Notes under the pieces: model-generated | What the model was told of the DNA's origin: nothing | The model's input: the letters and a program-made list of their open reading frames with translations, nothing else | Database searches by the model: none | Made by a program: the position numbers and the translations under genes | Assembly (NCBI GenBank): GCA_964635655.1 | Contig: CAZWOC010000004.1 | Location: forward strand, 29,521 to 93,520 | Direction: 5' to 3' | DNA length: 64,000 nucleotides | Origin: an uncultured Rikenella sp. | Lineage (GTDB): Bacteria > Bacteroidota > Bacteroidia > Bacteroidales > VadinHA17 | Part shown: piece by piece, positions 36,462-45,490 of the stretch | How the letters are laid out: the number at the start of each line of letters is the position of its first letter | Position numbering within the stretch: position 1 is the stretch's first letter

Positions 36462-38321
36462 ATGAAAATAACTGTAGGACAAGCTGTAATAAGATTCCTG
36501 AAATGTCAGTATGTGGAATTTGACGGAGAGGAAAAGCCGTTTTTCGCAGGTTGTCTTGGAATATTCGGTCATGGAAATGTTGCCGGAATAGGTGAAGGTC
36601 TGCTTGAGAATCCTGATTTCAGATATTACATCACCAGGAATGAACAGGCGTCAGTGCACATAGCAACAGCTTATGCTAAAATGAAAAACCGGCTGGGAAC
36701 CTTTGCCTGCACTTCATCTATAGGCCCCGGGGCCACCAATATGGTAACAGGGGCTGCCTGTGCCACTATTAACCGGATGCCTGTGCTGTTACTTCCGGGT
36801 GACATATTTGCGAGACGCAATGTTGCTCCCGTATTACAGCAGCTGGAATCACCGTCCTCACAGGATACATCAGTGAATGATTGTCTGAAACCGGTTTCCA
36901 GGTACTGGGACAGGATTGAGAGACCGGAGCAGCTTATTACTGCTTTACCGGAGGTCATGAGAGTCCTGACTTCACCTGCTGATACCGGGGCCGTCACACT
37001 CTCCCTGCCACAGGATGTCCAGGCTGAAGCCTTTGACTTCCCCGAAGAACTCTTTAGAAAAAGGGTATGGAGAATCCCCCGGCCAAGACCTGACACTGCC
37101 TTGCTGAACCGGGCTGCTTCCATGATAAGAGCCTCTGAAAAACCAGTTATTATTGCAGGCGGAGGTGTGCTGTACAGTGATGCCGTCAATATCCTGAAAA
37201 AATTTGTAGGGATGACAGGGATTCCTGTAGCAGAGACATTTGCAGGGAAAGGATCATTACCTTATGATCATTTATGCAACCTTGGTGCAGTTGGCGCAAC
37301 AGGCACTCCGGGAGCCAACGAAATAACACAGCAGGCTGACCTTGTAATAGGCATAGGCACCCGTTACAGTGATTTTACAACAGCTTCCAAAACTGCCTTC
37401 CAGAATCCGGATGTCAGGTTTATAAACATAAATGTCGCAGAGTTTGATTCCTACAAACATGGGGCTCTTCCCCTTACATCAGACGCAAGGGTATGTCTGG
37501 AAGAGTTATCAGAAATGCTGGAAGATTACAGGGTTCCGGAAAATTATCGTTCAAGGATAAAAGAACTGAACCAGGCATGGGACAAAACAGTAAGTGATCT
37601 CTGTAAGGTCACCGGCAATCTGCCGGTCTCTCAGGCAGAGGTAGTGGGTGTCGTGAACGAGTTTTCAGGGCCCCGTGACGTTGTACTTTGTGCCGCAGGA
37701 AGTCTCCCGGGAGACCTTCATAAACTATGGCGTACAGTTGATCCCAAAGGATTCCACCTTGAATATGGTTATTCAACAATGGGATATGAATGTGCAGCCG
37801 GAATAGGTGCAAGAATGGCAAGTCCTGACCGTGAAATCTATGTTATGGTTGGTGACGGGAACTACCTGATGATGAATAATGAGATTGTAACTGCAATTCA
37901 GGAAGGAATTAAAATTACAATAATACTGCTTAACAATAACGGATTTGGAAGCATAGGAAACCTGTCCCAGTCATTGGGAACTCAGCGCTTCGGCACCAGA
38001 TACCGGTACCGTAATGAAAAAACCGGGCAACTTGATGGTGCCATATTGCCGGTTGACTTTGCACAGAATGCACGCAGCCTTGGGGCATTCGTAATAGAAG
38101 CATCAGATATAGATTCACTTAGAAGTGCGCTGAAGGTGGCCCGGGCTCAGGACCGAACCACTGTAATCACCATTGAAACTGATTTGTATAAAAGCATCCC
38201 CGGTTACGGATGGTGGGAAGTTGCCGTCTCTGAAGTCTCAGAAATTGAGTCGGTCAGACTGGCTTACGATAATTACCTGGTAAATAAGAAAAAACAAAAA
38301 TACTTTCTTGGAAACGATTAA
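36462..38321 (+). CDS. iolD: 3D-(3,5/4)-trihydroxycyclohexane-1,2-dione acylhydrolase (IolD), ThDP-dependent
   Basis: 619 aa with the ThDP-binding motif GDGNYLMMNNEI. Length and context match IolD. Confidence 0.8.
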   Translation: MKITVGQAVIRFLKCQYVEFDGEEKPFFAGCLGIFGHGNVAGIGEGLLENPDFRYYITRNEQASVHIATAYAKMKNRLGTFACTSSIGPGATNMVTGAACATINRMPVLLLPGDIFARRNVAPVLQQLESPSSQDTSVNDCLKPVSRYWDRIERPEQLITALPEVMRVLTSPADTGAVTLSLPQDVQAEAFDFPEELFRKRVWRIPRPRPDTALLNRAASMIRASEKPVIIAGGGVLYSDAVNILKKFVGMTGIPVAETFAGKGSLPYDHLCNLGAVGATGTPGANEITQQADLVIGIGTRYSDFTTASKTAFQNPDVRFININVAEFDSYKHGALPLTSDARVCLEELSEMLEDYRVPENYRSRIKELNQAWDKTVSDLCKVTGNLPVSQAEVVGVVNEFSGPRDVVLCAAGSLPGDLHKLWRTVDPKGFHLEYGYSTMGYECAAGIGARMASPDREIYVMVGDGNYLMMNNEIVTAIQEGIKITIILLNNNGFGSIGNLSQSLGTQRFGTRYRYRNEKTGQLDGAILPVDFAQNARSLGAFVIEASDIDSLRSALKVARAQDRTTVITIETDLYKSIPGYGWWEVAVSEVSEIESVRLAYDNYLVNKKKQKYFLGND

Positions 38322-38332
38322 CAATTTCTATT

Positions 38333-39805
38333 ATGGCTTCAAAAATAAAGAATTACATAAACGGTCAGTGGATCGAATCAAAGGGGACACAGTACTTTGA
38401 TGTAATCAACCCTGCAACCTCGGAATGCCTTGCGAAGGTACCGGCAGGCTCTCATGAAGATGTAGATTATGCGTCAGAATCAGCTCACAATGCATGGAGT
38501 GGCTGGAAGAATACTCCTGCCGTAAAAAGAGTCCAGTACCTGTTCCGGATGAAACAGATACTCGAAGACAACGTTGATGAGATCGCTGCAATCTGTACAA
38601 AAGAAAGCGGAAAGACCTTCTCCGAATCAAAAGCTGAGATGGTCAGGGCTGTTGAAAATATTGAGGTAGCCTGTAATGTTCCAAAACTCATTCAAAGTGA
38701 CTTTTCGGAGAATATAGCAACAGGCATCGATGAATTCTATATCAGGCAACCTCTCGGAGTCGGGGCGTGCATTGCTCCCTTCAATTTTCCTATAATGATT
38801 CCTTTCTGGTTCATGCCATACGCTATTGCCTGCGGCAATACTTATATTGTAAAACCCTCTGAGAAGGTTCCTCTTACCATGACCCGTATCTTCGAATTGT
38901 TCGAAGCAGTAAACCTGCCTGCGGGAGTATTGAATATGGTCCACGGAGGAAGGGAGACGGTGGATTCAATCCTGGAGAACAAACTTATACCTGCCATCAG
39001 TTTTGTAGGTTCAACTATAGTTGCAAAACACATTTACCAGACCGGCGTGAGCCATGGCAAACGGATTCAGGCCCAGGGCGGAGCAAAAAACCCTGTGGTT
39101 GTAATGCCTGATGCTGATGAGGATACTGCAGTGCGAATCATTGCTGACAGTGCCTTCGGTTGTGCAGGCCAAAGATGCCTTGCCGCTTCGGTTGTGATAA
39201 CGGTAGGCAATACCGGAAAAGAATTTGCTGATAAGATCGTTAAAGCAGCAAAGGCCAAAAAGGTAGGAAACGGTCTTGATGAGGGAGTCGAGATGGGACC
39301 TGTCATTACTGCTGAAAGTAAACAGCGAATCGAAAAACTTATTATAAAAGGACTGGACGACGGCGGGAAAATACTCCTTGACGGAAGAAACATCAAAGTA
39401 TCCGGATATGAAACAGGTAATTTCATCGGACCGACGGTAATTGAACTGGCCAACACCAATAATGAAATCTATAACACAGAAGTATTCGGACCGGTCCTCT
39501 GTCTCGTTCATGCCGACAGCCTTGACAAAGCCATTGAACTTGTAAATGCCAGCCGTTATGGCAATTCTGCCTGCATATTTACCAACAGTGGTAATGCTGC
39601 AAGGAAATTCAGGCATGAAGTATTAGCCGGGAATGTAGGTATAAATATAGGTATAGCTGCTCCGATGGCCTTTTTCCCCTTCAGCGGGTGGAAAGAGAGC
39701 TTCTTCGGTGATTTGCACGGGCAGTCTATGCATGCAATTGAATTTTATACCCAGACGAAAGTCGTTATTGAACGCTGGCATGATGAATGGGCAAGAAAAT
39801 TCTAA
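38333..39805 (+). CDS. iolA: CoA-acylating methylmalonate/malonate-semialdehyde dehydrogenase (IolA/MmsA)
   Basis: 490 aa aldehyde dehydrogenase with the catalytic Cys block FGCAGQRCLA. The C-terminus (ESFFGDLHGQSMHAIEFYTQTK) is typical of MmsA. Confidence 0.8.
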   Translation: MASKIKNYINGQWIESKGTQYFDVINPATSECLAKVPAGSHEDVDYASESAHNAWSGWKNTPAVKRVQYLFRMKQILEDNVDEIAAICTKESGKTFSESKAEMVRAVENIEVACNVPKLIQSDFSENIATGIDEFYIRQPLGVGACIAPFNFPIMIPFWFMPYAIACGNTYIVKPSEKVPLTMTRIFELFEAVNLPAGVLNMVHGGRETVDSILENKLIPAISFVGSTIVAKHIYQTGVSHGKRIQAQGGAKNPVVVMPDADEDTAVRIIADSAFGCAGQRCLAASVVITVGNTGKEFADKIVKAAKAKKVGNGLDEGVEMGPVITAESKQRIEKLIIKGLDDGGKILLDGRNIKVSGYETGNFIGPTVIELANTNNEIYNTEVFGPVLCLVHADSLDKAIELVNASRYGNSACIFTNSGNAARKFRHEVLAGNVGINIGIAAPMAFFPFSGWKESFFGDLHGQSMHAIEFYTQTKVVIERWHDEWARKF

Positions 39806-39853
39806 AACCAGCTTTAAATATTTTCTTTAAACTATGCCAAATACCTGATTAAG

Positions 39854-40753
39854 ATGATTAAAGTAGCCAATGCACCCTGCTCATGGGGTGTCCTTGAATT
39901 CGAGCTTGAGCAAGAATCAGCCGGATATGAACAAGTCCTTGATGAGATCAAATCAACCGGTTATTCCGGTACTGAACTCGGAGATTGGGGATTTATGCCT
40001 ACCGATCCACCCGCTTTAAGACAAGAGCTGGATAAAAGAACCCTGACTCTTGTCGGTGCCTTTGTACCGGTCTTCCTGAAAAACAAATCTGCCCATCCTG
40101 AGGGTATTGCAACCGCTGTAAAAATTGCAGGATTAATGGCCGACGCCGGTTTCCCTGAGGCATTTATTGTCCTTGCCGACAATAATGGCACGGTTAAAGA
40201 ACGCACCCTCAACGCCGGAAGAGTTACTGACTCAATGGGATTGTCTTCCGGGGAATGGAAGATTTTTGCTCGAGGGGCAGAGGAAGTTGCAAGGCAGGTT
40301 AAAAACGAAACAGGTCTCCGTACCGTTTTCCATCATCACTGTGCAGGCTATGTTGAAACACCCAGAGAAATTGAAACACTTCTCAGTCTCACGGACCCTT
40401 CTCTTCTCGGCCTGGTTCTTGATATGGGCCATTATGCCTTCGGAGGAGGAGATCCGCTTGAAGCCCTGAAGAAATACAGGGAACGTATCTGGCATATACA
40501 TTATAAGGATTGTGAACCCACGATTGCTGACAGGTCCAGGAATCAGAGGTGGAACTATTTCAAATCGATTGGAAATGGGGTATTCTGCGAACTTGGCAAA
40601 GGTTCTGTTGATTTTAAGTCTATTACTGCCGAACTAAAAGCCAGAAAATACTCCGGATGGATTGTCGTTGAACAGGATGTCCTCCCTGGAATGGGAAATC
40701 CCAAACAGTGTGCTCTCCGTAACAGGCAATATCTCAACTCAATCGGTCTGTAA
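39854..40753 (+). CDS. iolE: Xylose-isomerase-like TIM-barrel protein, inosose dehydratase (IolE)-like
   Basis: 299 aa. Pattern APCSWG ... FHHHCAGYVE ... DMGH ... HIHYKD parallels the IolE pattern APIGW ... YHHHMG ... DTGH ... HVHFKD. Confidence 0.6.
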   Translation: MIKVANAPCSWGVLEFELEQESAGYEQVLDEIKSTGYSGTELGDWGFMPTDPPALRQELDKRTLTLVGAFVPVFLKNKSAHPEGIATAVKIAGLMADAGFPEAFIVLADNNGTVKERTLNAGRVTDSMGLSSGEWKIFARGAEEVARQVKNETGLRTVFHHHCAGYVETPREIETLLSLTDPSLLGLVLDMGHYAFGGGDPLEALKKYRERIWHIHYKDCEPTIADRSRNQRWNYFKSIGNGVFCELGKGSVDFKSITAELKARKYSGWIVVEQDVLPGMGNPKQCALRNRQYLNSIGL

Positions 40754-40783
40754 AAGACCTGTAACTTTCTTAAAATTAAACCT

Positions 40784-41803
40784 ATGGCAAAATTAAAAAT
40801 TGGTGTTATCGGTACAGGACGGATCGGGAAAGTCCATATCGCAACATTGGTGCAGAGTGTCCCGCAGGCTGAAGTAGCAGCCGTAGCTGACATTGATCTT
40901 AATTCAGCAAAACAGGTAGCTGAAAAATTTGGCGTCATGTCTGTTACTGATCATCCCGATGAAATAATAGCAAATAAGGAAATTGATGCCGTCGCCATCT
41001 GCTCCTCAACAGATACACATGCACGCTACATCATAGAAGCAGCCAAGGCGGGCAAGCATATCTTCTGCGAGAAACCTGTGGATCTGTCTATCAGGGTGAT
41101 ACAAGACTCAATAGAAGCAACTTCAAGGGCAGGCGTCAAACTCATGCCTGGATTCAACCGTCGCTTTGATCCGAATTTCATGAAATTGAGACAGCTGGTT
41201 TCAGAGGGCGAAGTTGGTGAGCCGCACATTCTGAAGATTACATCCCGTGATCCGGCACCTCCCCCGGCAAAATACAGTGCAGTCTCAGGCGGAATGTTTA
41301 TGGATATGACTATTCATGACTTTGATATGGCCAGATTCATGATTGCCAGTGAGGTTGTGGAAGTTTTTGCAAAAGCTGCCGTACTGGTAGACCCGGAATT
41401 GGGAAAAGCAGGAGATGTAGACACTGCCGTCATAACCCTGACATTTGCCAACGGTGCAATTGGGGTGATTGATAACAGCCGGAAGGCTGTCTATGGATAT
41501 GATCAGCGGGTAGAGGTTTTTGGATCAAAGGGAATGTGTTGTGCAGACAATAATTATCCTGATAATCACCAATTATACAATAAAGCAGGTGTCCATGGCT
41601 CCCTGCCGTTGAATTTCTTCATGGACAGATACACAGAAGCATACGCAAATGAAATGAAGGCGTTCTGCAATGCAGTTCTGAATGACCTGCCTCTGCAGGT
41701 ATCCGGCCATGACAGCCTGATGTCTGCTGCAATTGCATTTGCAGCCAGGAAATCTGTCCTGGAGAATAGGATTGTTAAACTGACTGAGATAATTAAGTGC
41801 TAG
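40784..41803 (+). CDS. iolG: Inositol 2-dehydrogenase (Gfo/Idh/MocA family)
   Basis: 339 aa with the Rossmann motif GVIGTGRIGKVH and the FCEKP motif. Located in the iol cluster. Confidence 0.75.
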   Translation: MAKLKIGVIGTGRIGKVHIATLVQSVPQAEVAAVADIDLNSAKQVAEKFGVMSVTDHPDEIIANKEIDAVAICSSTDTHARYIIEAAKAGKHIFCEKPVDLSIRVIQDSIEATSRAGVKLMPGFNRRFDPNFMKLRQLVSEGEVGEPHILKITSRDPAPPPAKYSAVSGGMFMDMTIHDFDMARFMIASEVVEVFAKAAVLVDPELGKAGDVDTAVITLTFANGAIGVIDNSRKAVYGYDQRVEVFGSKGMCCADNNYPDNHQLYNKAGVHGSLPLNFFMDRYTEAYANEMKAFCNAVLNDLPLQVSGHDSLMSAAIAFAARKSVLENRIVKLTEIIKC

Positions 41804-42013
41804 GCTTCCAGGGAGAGAAATTGACCTGGCGGAAGTAAATACAGTTCTGTATCCGGAAACAATCCGGGTTGGTTGCAGACCTGCAGACCAGTCACGGAAA
41901 GCAGGTTTCTGATCCGTCATTTCTGAATGAGGATTAACAAGATCAGACGTTTGCCTGTTTCCGAATACAGGAAATAATTGACTTTTTTTATAATAAATTT
42001 TTAAAACCTTATC

Positions 42014-42856
42014 ATGAAAACCATAGTAGAAATCCGATATGCCGCACATCCGGGTGATGTAAAACATTGGGATAGTGAGCGCATCCGAAAGGAACACCTG
42101 ATACAGGACCTCTTTGAAAAAAATACAGTTAAAATGGTATACTCACTGTATGACCGGATGATCGCCGGAGGAGCCATGCCTGCAGGAGAATCACTCAAAC
42201 TCGAAGCTATTGATGAGATAAAGGCTCCATACTTCCTTCACCGACGTGAACTTGGTATTTATAATGTCGGAGGAAAGGGAACCGTGAAGGTTGACGATTC
42301 CCTGTATCCCCTTGATTTCAAGGAAGCTCTCTATGTTGGAAGCGGTGACCGCGAAGTGATCTTTGAAAGCGATGACAAGTCTAATCCTGCGCTTTTCTAT
42401 TTCTGTTCAACTCCGGCTCACCGGAGTTACCCTGATAAAAAAATAACCAAAAATGATGCTATTTCAGTTGAGCTTGGCTCAGCCGAGGCGTCAAACCACA
42501 GGGTGATAAACAAGATGGTCGTGAACCAGGTACTGGAAACATGCCAGCTTCAGATGGGCATGACCGAGCTGAAGCCGGGAAGTGTCTGGAATACAATGCC
42601 TCCGCATACACACAGCAGACGCATGGAGGTATATTTTTACTTTGAAGTACCTGAAGGTGATACTGTATGCCATTTCATGGGCGAGCCTACCGAAACAAGG
42701 GTAATATGGATGAAAAACAACGAAGCAGTCCTGTCACCTCAATGGTCAATTCATGCTGCTGCTGCCACATCGTGCTATACTTTTATATGGGGTATGGGTG
42801 GAGAGAACCTGGATTACGGCGATCAGGACTTCCTGAAACCAGGCGATCTCAGATAG
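42014..42856 (+). CDS. kduI: 5-dehydro-4-deoxy-D-glucuronate isomerase (KduI), copy 2
   Basis: 280 aa, collinear with copy 1 over its full length. Shares a 41-bp identical DNA run (42536-42576 = 3958-3998). Confidence 0.85.
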   Translation: MKTIVEIRYAAHPGDVKHWDSERIRKEHLIQDLFEKNTVKMVYSLYDRMIAGGAMPAGESLKLEAIDEIKAPYFLHRRELGIYNVGGKGTVKVDDSLYPLDFKEALYVGSGDREVIFESDDKSNPALFYFCSTPAHRSYPDKKITKNDAISVELGSAEASNHRVINKMVVNQVLETCQLQMGMTELKPGSVWNTMPPHTHSRRMEVYFYFEVPEGDTVCHFMGEPTETRVIWMKNNEAVLSPQWSIHAAAATSCYTFIWGMGGENLDYGDQDFLKPGDLR

Positions 42857-42926
42857 CAGAACATGCTACAACCGGTTGCGGTATACTTTGAATTACTATT
42901 AACAATATTATTATTAAAACTAAAGC

Positions 42927-43712
42927 ATGAGTAAAGACTTATTTAATCTGAAAGGACAAATTGCACTTGTTACAGGCGCTTCCTATGGAATCGGCATGGC
43001 TCTTGCCAAAGCTTTTGCACATGCAGGAGCCACAATAGTTTTCAATGATCTTTTCCCAGAAAAGGTGAAATCAGCTCTTGATATCTATAAAAGTGAAGGT
43101 ATCAATGCACATGGTTATGTTTTCGATGTGACGAATGAAGAAGAGGCAAAATCCTATGTTGAAAAGATAACCCATGAAGTTGGCCCTGTAACTATCCTTT
43201 GCAATAATGCAGGCATTATAAAAAGGATTCCTGCTCTTGAAATGAGTGCATCGGAATTCCGGGAAGTTATTGAAGTTGACCTCACAGGTCCATTCATTAT
43301 GTCAAAAGCGGTTGCCCCCGGAATGATAAAAAACGGAGGTGGTAAGATTATCAACATCTGTTCCATGATGAGTGAGTTGGGACGTGAGACCGTGTCAGCA
43401 TACGCAGCTGCAAAGGGAGGCCTGAAAATGCTTACCAAAAACCTGGCCTGTGAGTGGGCTGAATTCAATATACAGGTAAACGGCATAGGCCCCGGTTATA
43501 TTGCCACACCCCAGACACAGCCTCTGCGCACAGAAGGACATCCGTTTAATTCGTTTATTATCGGTCGCACCCCTGCTGCCAGGTGGGGAACACCTGAAGA
43601 CCTGTGCGGACCGGCTCTTTTCCTCGCCTCTGCTGCCTCAGACTTTGTAAACGGCCATATCCTTTATGTTGACGGTGGAATACTTGCATATATCGGCAAG
43701 CAGCCTAAATGA
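42927..43712 (+). CDS. kduD: KduD-type SDR, copy 2
   Basis: 261 aa, collinear with copy 1, with the same TGASYGIG and YAAAKGG motifs. Confidence 0.8.
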   Translation: MSKDLFNLKGQIALVTGASYGIGMALAKAFAHAGATIVFNDLFPEKVKSALDIYKSEGINAHGYVFDVTNEEEAKSYVEKITHEVGPVTILCNNAGIIKRIPALEMSASEFREVIEVDLTGPFIMSKAVAPGMIKNGGGKIINICSMMSELGRETVSAYAAAKGGLKMLTKNLACEWAEFNIQVNGIGPGYIATPQTQPLRTEGHPFNSFIIGRTPAARWGTPEDLCGPALFLASAASDFVNGHILYVDGGILAYIGKQPK

Positions 43713-43749
43713 TTCCGGTTACATGCAATGAAAATTGTGACTTAAGCAC

Positions 43750-43796
43750 TGTTCCCGGCATATAGATGATATATCCCGGGAACAATCTTTTTATTT
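43750..43796 (+). terminator. Rho-independent terminator after kduD copy 2
   Basis: TGTTCCCGG (43750-43758) pairs with CCGGGAACA (43776-43784), followed by ATCTTTTTATTT. Confidence 0.75.
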
Positions 43797-44207
43797 AAAT
43801 GCCCTGTATAATTGCGGTTGAATTTTTACCCGTAGCACGGTGATATCAACCAGATAAATACAGACAGTAAAAGGCAGCCTTAGGCTTTCTCTGACAATAC
43901 GTTCAGCCAATAGTGTCCGGACTACCCCCATTATCAGATATGAGCAGAAGTGCTTGCTTTAAGCATGGCTTTTATCTGGCTGGTGGCGTAGAATAAAGCT
44001 TCACGACGATTCATCAACAGCTTCCTGAAGACCTTGTGGTTAAGATGTATTTTATATGCATTACGGTAAGCCCGAGAGCGACTCCCGGTCCTCCGGCAGC
44101 ACGGAAACCATGACATCTTAGCACCGGTAACACCAATAAAGCCACATTAATAATCAGAAATTCCAATGTGAGTCATAATTTTTTCGCTAATTTTCGCCAT
44201 TTCCTGA

Positions 44208-45479
44208 ATGTTTTATAAATCAATGAGAGAAATAGATAAATACTCCTTTGGGATAGGTGACAGGTTCTCACATCAGGGCAGGGCTCAGCTTGAAGCTCTG
44301 ATAATGGCAGCAACTGAATTAGGCATAAACATTACTCCGGTCTGGAACAAGTCTAACAGGGAACATAACATAGTCCATTCGGTACCTGCAGATACCCGGG
44401 CTGAGGCTGATGATGCAGTAAAGGCCCTTAATTTTACCGGGCCCTATTTCGTTGATGCTGACCATATCAATCTCAACACCGTTATTCGCTATATCGGACA
44501 CTGTGATTTCTTTACACTCGATGTAGCCGACTATATCGGAACTGCAGCGACTGATGCCGATATTGACAGCTTCATGGATTCACACCGCTCCTACTGTGGT
44601 GACCTGCAGATACCAGGTATTACAGAAGCAGTTACCATTACAGAAAAATATCTGAGGGATTTTGCAGGTAAATTCCTCCTCGCATTGAAAAAAGCAGCTG
44701 AATTATACAATTATATAGCTTCAAAAGAAGGAGAAGGGAATTTCGTTACAGAGGTATCCATGGATGAGGTAGACGAACCGCAGAAACCGATAGACCTGCT
44801 CTTCATCCTTAAAGTCCTTGCAGAGATGAAAGTACCTCTTCAGACAGTGGCTCCAAAGTTTACCGGAAGGTTTAACAAGGGAGTCGATTATCAAGGTGAC
44901 CCCATTCGCTTTGCGCAGGAATTTGAGGAAGATATCCTTGTTGTCAAATACGCTGTCAGTCATTTCGGGCTACCAAAAAGTCTCAAGCTGAGCGTTCACT
45001 CAGGAAGTGACAAGTTCTCAATCTACAGGGCAATGGGTGATCTTATCCGGAAGCACGACTGCGGTCTTCATCTCAAAACTGCAGGCACCACTTGGTTGGA
45101 AGAGGTTATCGGTCTCGCACTGGCCGGAGGCAACGGACTTGATATGGCAAAGAAAATCTACCGTACTGCCTATTTCCGGCGTGAAGAATTGTGCGTCCCC
45201 TATACCACCGTCATAGACATCAGACCGGAGATGCTGCCTCATCCTGATACGGTTGACAATTGGGATACATTAAAATTTTCAGGCACCCTGCGTCATATAC
45301 CCGGAGATCCTGACTACAACCCCAGCTTCCGGCAGCTGATACACGTCGGATACAAGATTGCAGCTGAACTGGGGAAAGACTATACCGACGCACTCAGGGA
45401 AAATGAACGGATAATCTCTACCTGTGTCTGGGAAAACATCTACAGGCGTCATATAATACGTCTATTTACAACAGAATAA
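44208..45479 (+). CDS. uxaE: Tagaturonate/fructuronate epimerase (UxaE)-like protein, short form
   Basis: 423 aa. The blocks SFGIGDRF and FVDADHI recall the FGTGDRLG and GADADHV blocks of Thermotoga UxaE (from memory). Immediately upstream of uxaC. Confidence 0.55.
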   Translation: MFYKSMREIDKYSFGIGDRFSHQGRAQLEALIMAATELGINITPVWNKSNREHNIVHSVPADTRAEADDAVKALNFTGPYFVDADHINLNTVIRYIGHCDFFTLDVADYIGTAATDADIDSFMDSHRSYCGDLQIPGITEAVTITEKYLRDFAGKFLLALKKAAELYNYIASKEGEGNFVTEVSMDEVDEPQKPIDLLFILKVLAEMKVPLQTVAPKFTGRFNKGVDYQGDPIRFAQEFEEDILVVKYAVSHFGLPKSLKLSVHSGSDKFSIYRAMGDLIRKHDCGLHLKTAGTTWLEEVIGLALAGGNGLDMAKKIYRTAYFRREELCVPYTTVIDIRPEMLPHPDTVDNWDTLKFSGTLRHIPGDPDYNPSFRQLIHVGYKIAAELGKDYTDALRENERIISTCVWENIYRRHIIRLFTTE

Positions 45480-45490
45480 AATTTCATCCC

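Noticed and set aside
39011-39616. 201-aa minus-strand ORF; similar long antisense ORFs occur at 3526-4125, 36671-37189, 47066-47602, 50512-51156 and 53445-53969
   Set aside because: All are fully embedded antisense to strongly supported enzymes (iolA, kduI, iolD, eda, LarA-like, gnd). Such shadow ORFs are expected in G+C-rich coding DNA.
41573-42097. 174-aa minus-strand ORF spanning the iolG 3' end, the intergenic region and the kduI-2 5' end
   Set aside because: It overlaps two well-supported plus-strand genes and has no motif. It is an antisense artefact.
43934-44116. 60-aa minus-strand ORF (MSWFPCCRRTGSRSRAYRNAYKIHLNHKVF...) in the gap between kduD-2 and the uxaE-like gene; considered as a transposase or integrase remnant marking an island border
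   Set aside because: It has no recognisable recombinase motif and is very basic with low information. The compositional shift actually ends about 10 kb earlier. It remains unannotated; a tblastx check of 43713-44207 would settle it.
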